Source: Pocillopora damicornis | Taxonomy: Eukaryota | Direction: 5' to 3' | Length of the DNA stretch: 64,000 bases | NCBI RefSeq assembly: GCF_003704095.1 | Contig: NW_020846178.1 | Span: 310,001 to 374,000, forward strand | Part shown: positions 63,440 through 64,000 of the stretch, piece after piece | Position numbering within the stretch: position 1 is the first letter of the stretch | Layout of the letters: each line of letters starts with the position of its first letter | Translations under genes and position numbers: made by a program | Notes under the pieces: generated by a model | Databases searched by the model: none | What the model saw: the letters and a program-made list of their open reading frames with translations, nothing else | Told to the model about the DNA's origin: nothing

Positions 63440-63704
63440 GACACGTGGCACAAACTCACGGTGGACTCGTTCTCGAGTCATGAGTACAAACGTGGCGTTT
63501 TCAACAAATAAAAAAACAGGATTCGACGACCGTCGGATTAAAAAAAAAAAAGATCGCATGGTTGAATCATAAATGAAATTAATGATACTGAAAAGAGCGT
63601 TCAAAAGTCATTTCGGTATTTTACAGAGGATTTCCTTCTGAAATTCGAGATTTTTTTACCATTCTTTACGTTTTGCGCCAAGCTTACGCCAAACCATACG
63701 TGGC
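63440..63704. promoter_or_regulatory. Cluster of three ACGTGGC (GCCACGT) CREB3/ATF6/XBP1-type elements
   Basis: GACACGTGGCA at 63440-63450, ACGTGGC at 63490-63496 and ACGTGGC at 63698-63704, all upstream of the putative first exon of the CREB3-like gene. Confidence 0.4.
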
Positions 63705-64000
63705 GTGTTAATCTATTGTGTAAGGTAATTAAAGCTGTTGTATTGTGGGAATTTTTTTGATTCTCATCCACCAGACAAAGATTTCTTATTCTTGAACTTT
63801 TGAAGGTTTTCCCGCAGGAAAAGATCATGTGAGGCCAAATCAATTCCTATATGATATAGAAATACGAAATGACAATGACAACAGCTTACACTGCCTGAGC
63901 TAGCCGGCTATGAAATGAAACTACAACAAAATCTGCATTATTAATTCAGATTGCCAGTATTTTCATTAGTTTCCTAGCAATTTAGTTTCAACCAATGGAA

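Overview
Intron-rich eukaryotic DNA from an animal; I recognise the repeat families from stony corals (Pocillopora-like), which is recall-based inference. The ORF track is mostly noise, so I rebuilt genes exon by exon using GT-AG boundaries and reading-phase continuity. (1) The 3' part of CEP290 lies on + (39 visible exons, 103-19147, about 1645 aa), with an exon probably lost in the 100-N gap. (2) A complete 29-exon two-pore channel 2 gene (TPCN2) lies on - (53677-36126, about 809 aa). (3) A compact CREB3/OASIS-family bZIP gene lies on - (60110-55163, about 236 aa). Between CEP290 and TPCN2 is a repeat-rich 17-kb interval with minisatellites, a 5'-truncated LINE, hairpin elements, a second gap and an orphan ORF interrupted by one stop. 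The best novelty candidate is the CREB3-like factor: it keeps the pre-membrane TQTGTCL motif but has no transmembrane or luminal domain, carries clustered ACGTGGC (CREB3-type) sites in its own upstream region, and ends about 1.3-1.5 kb from the start of the lysosomal channel gene. No prokaryotic-type systems, true tRNA/rRNA genes or CRISPR arrays are supported.
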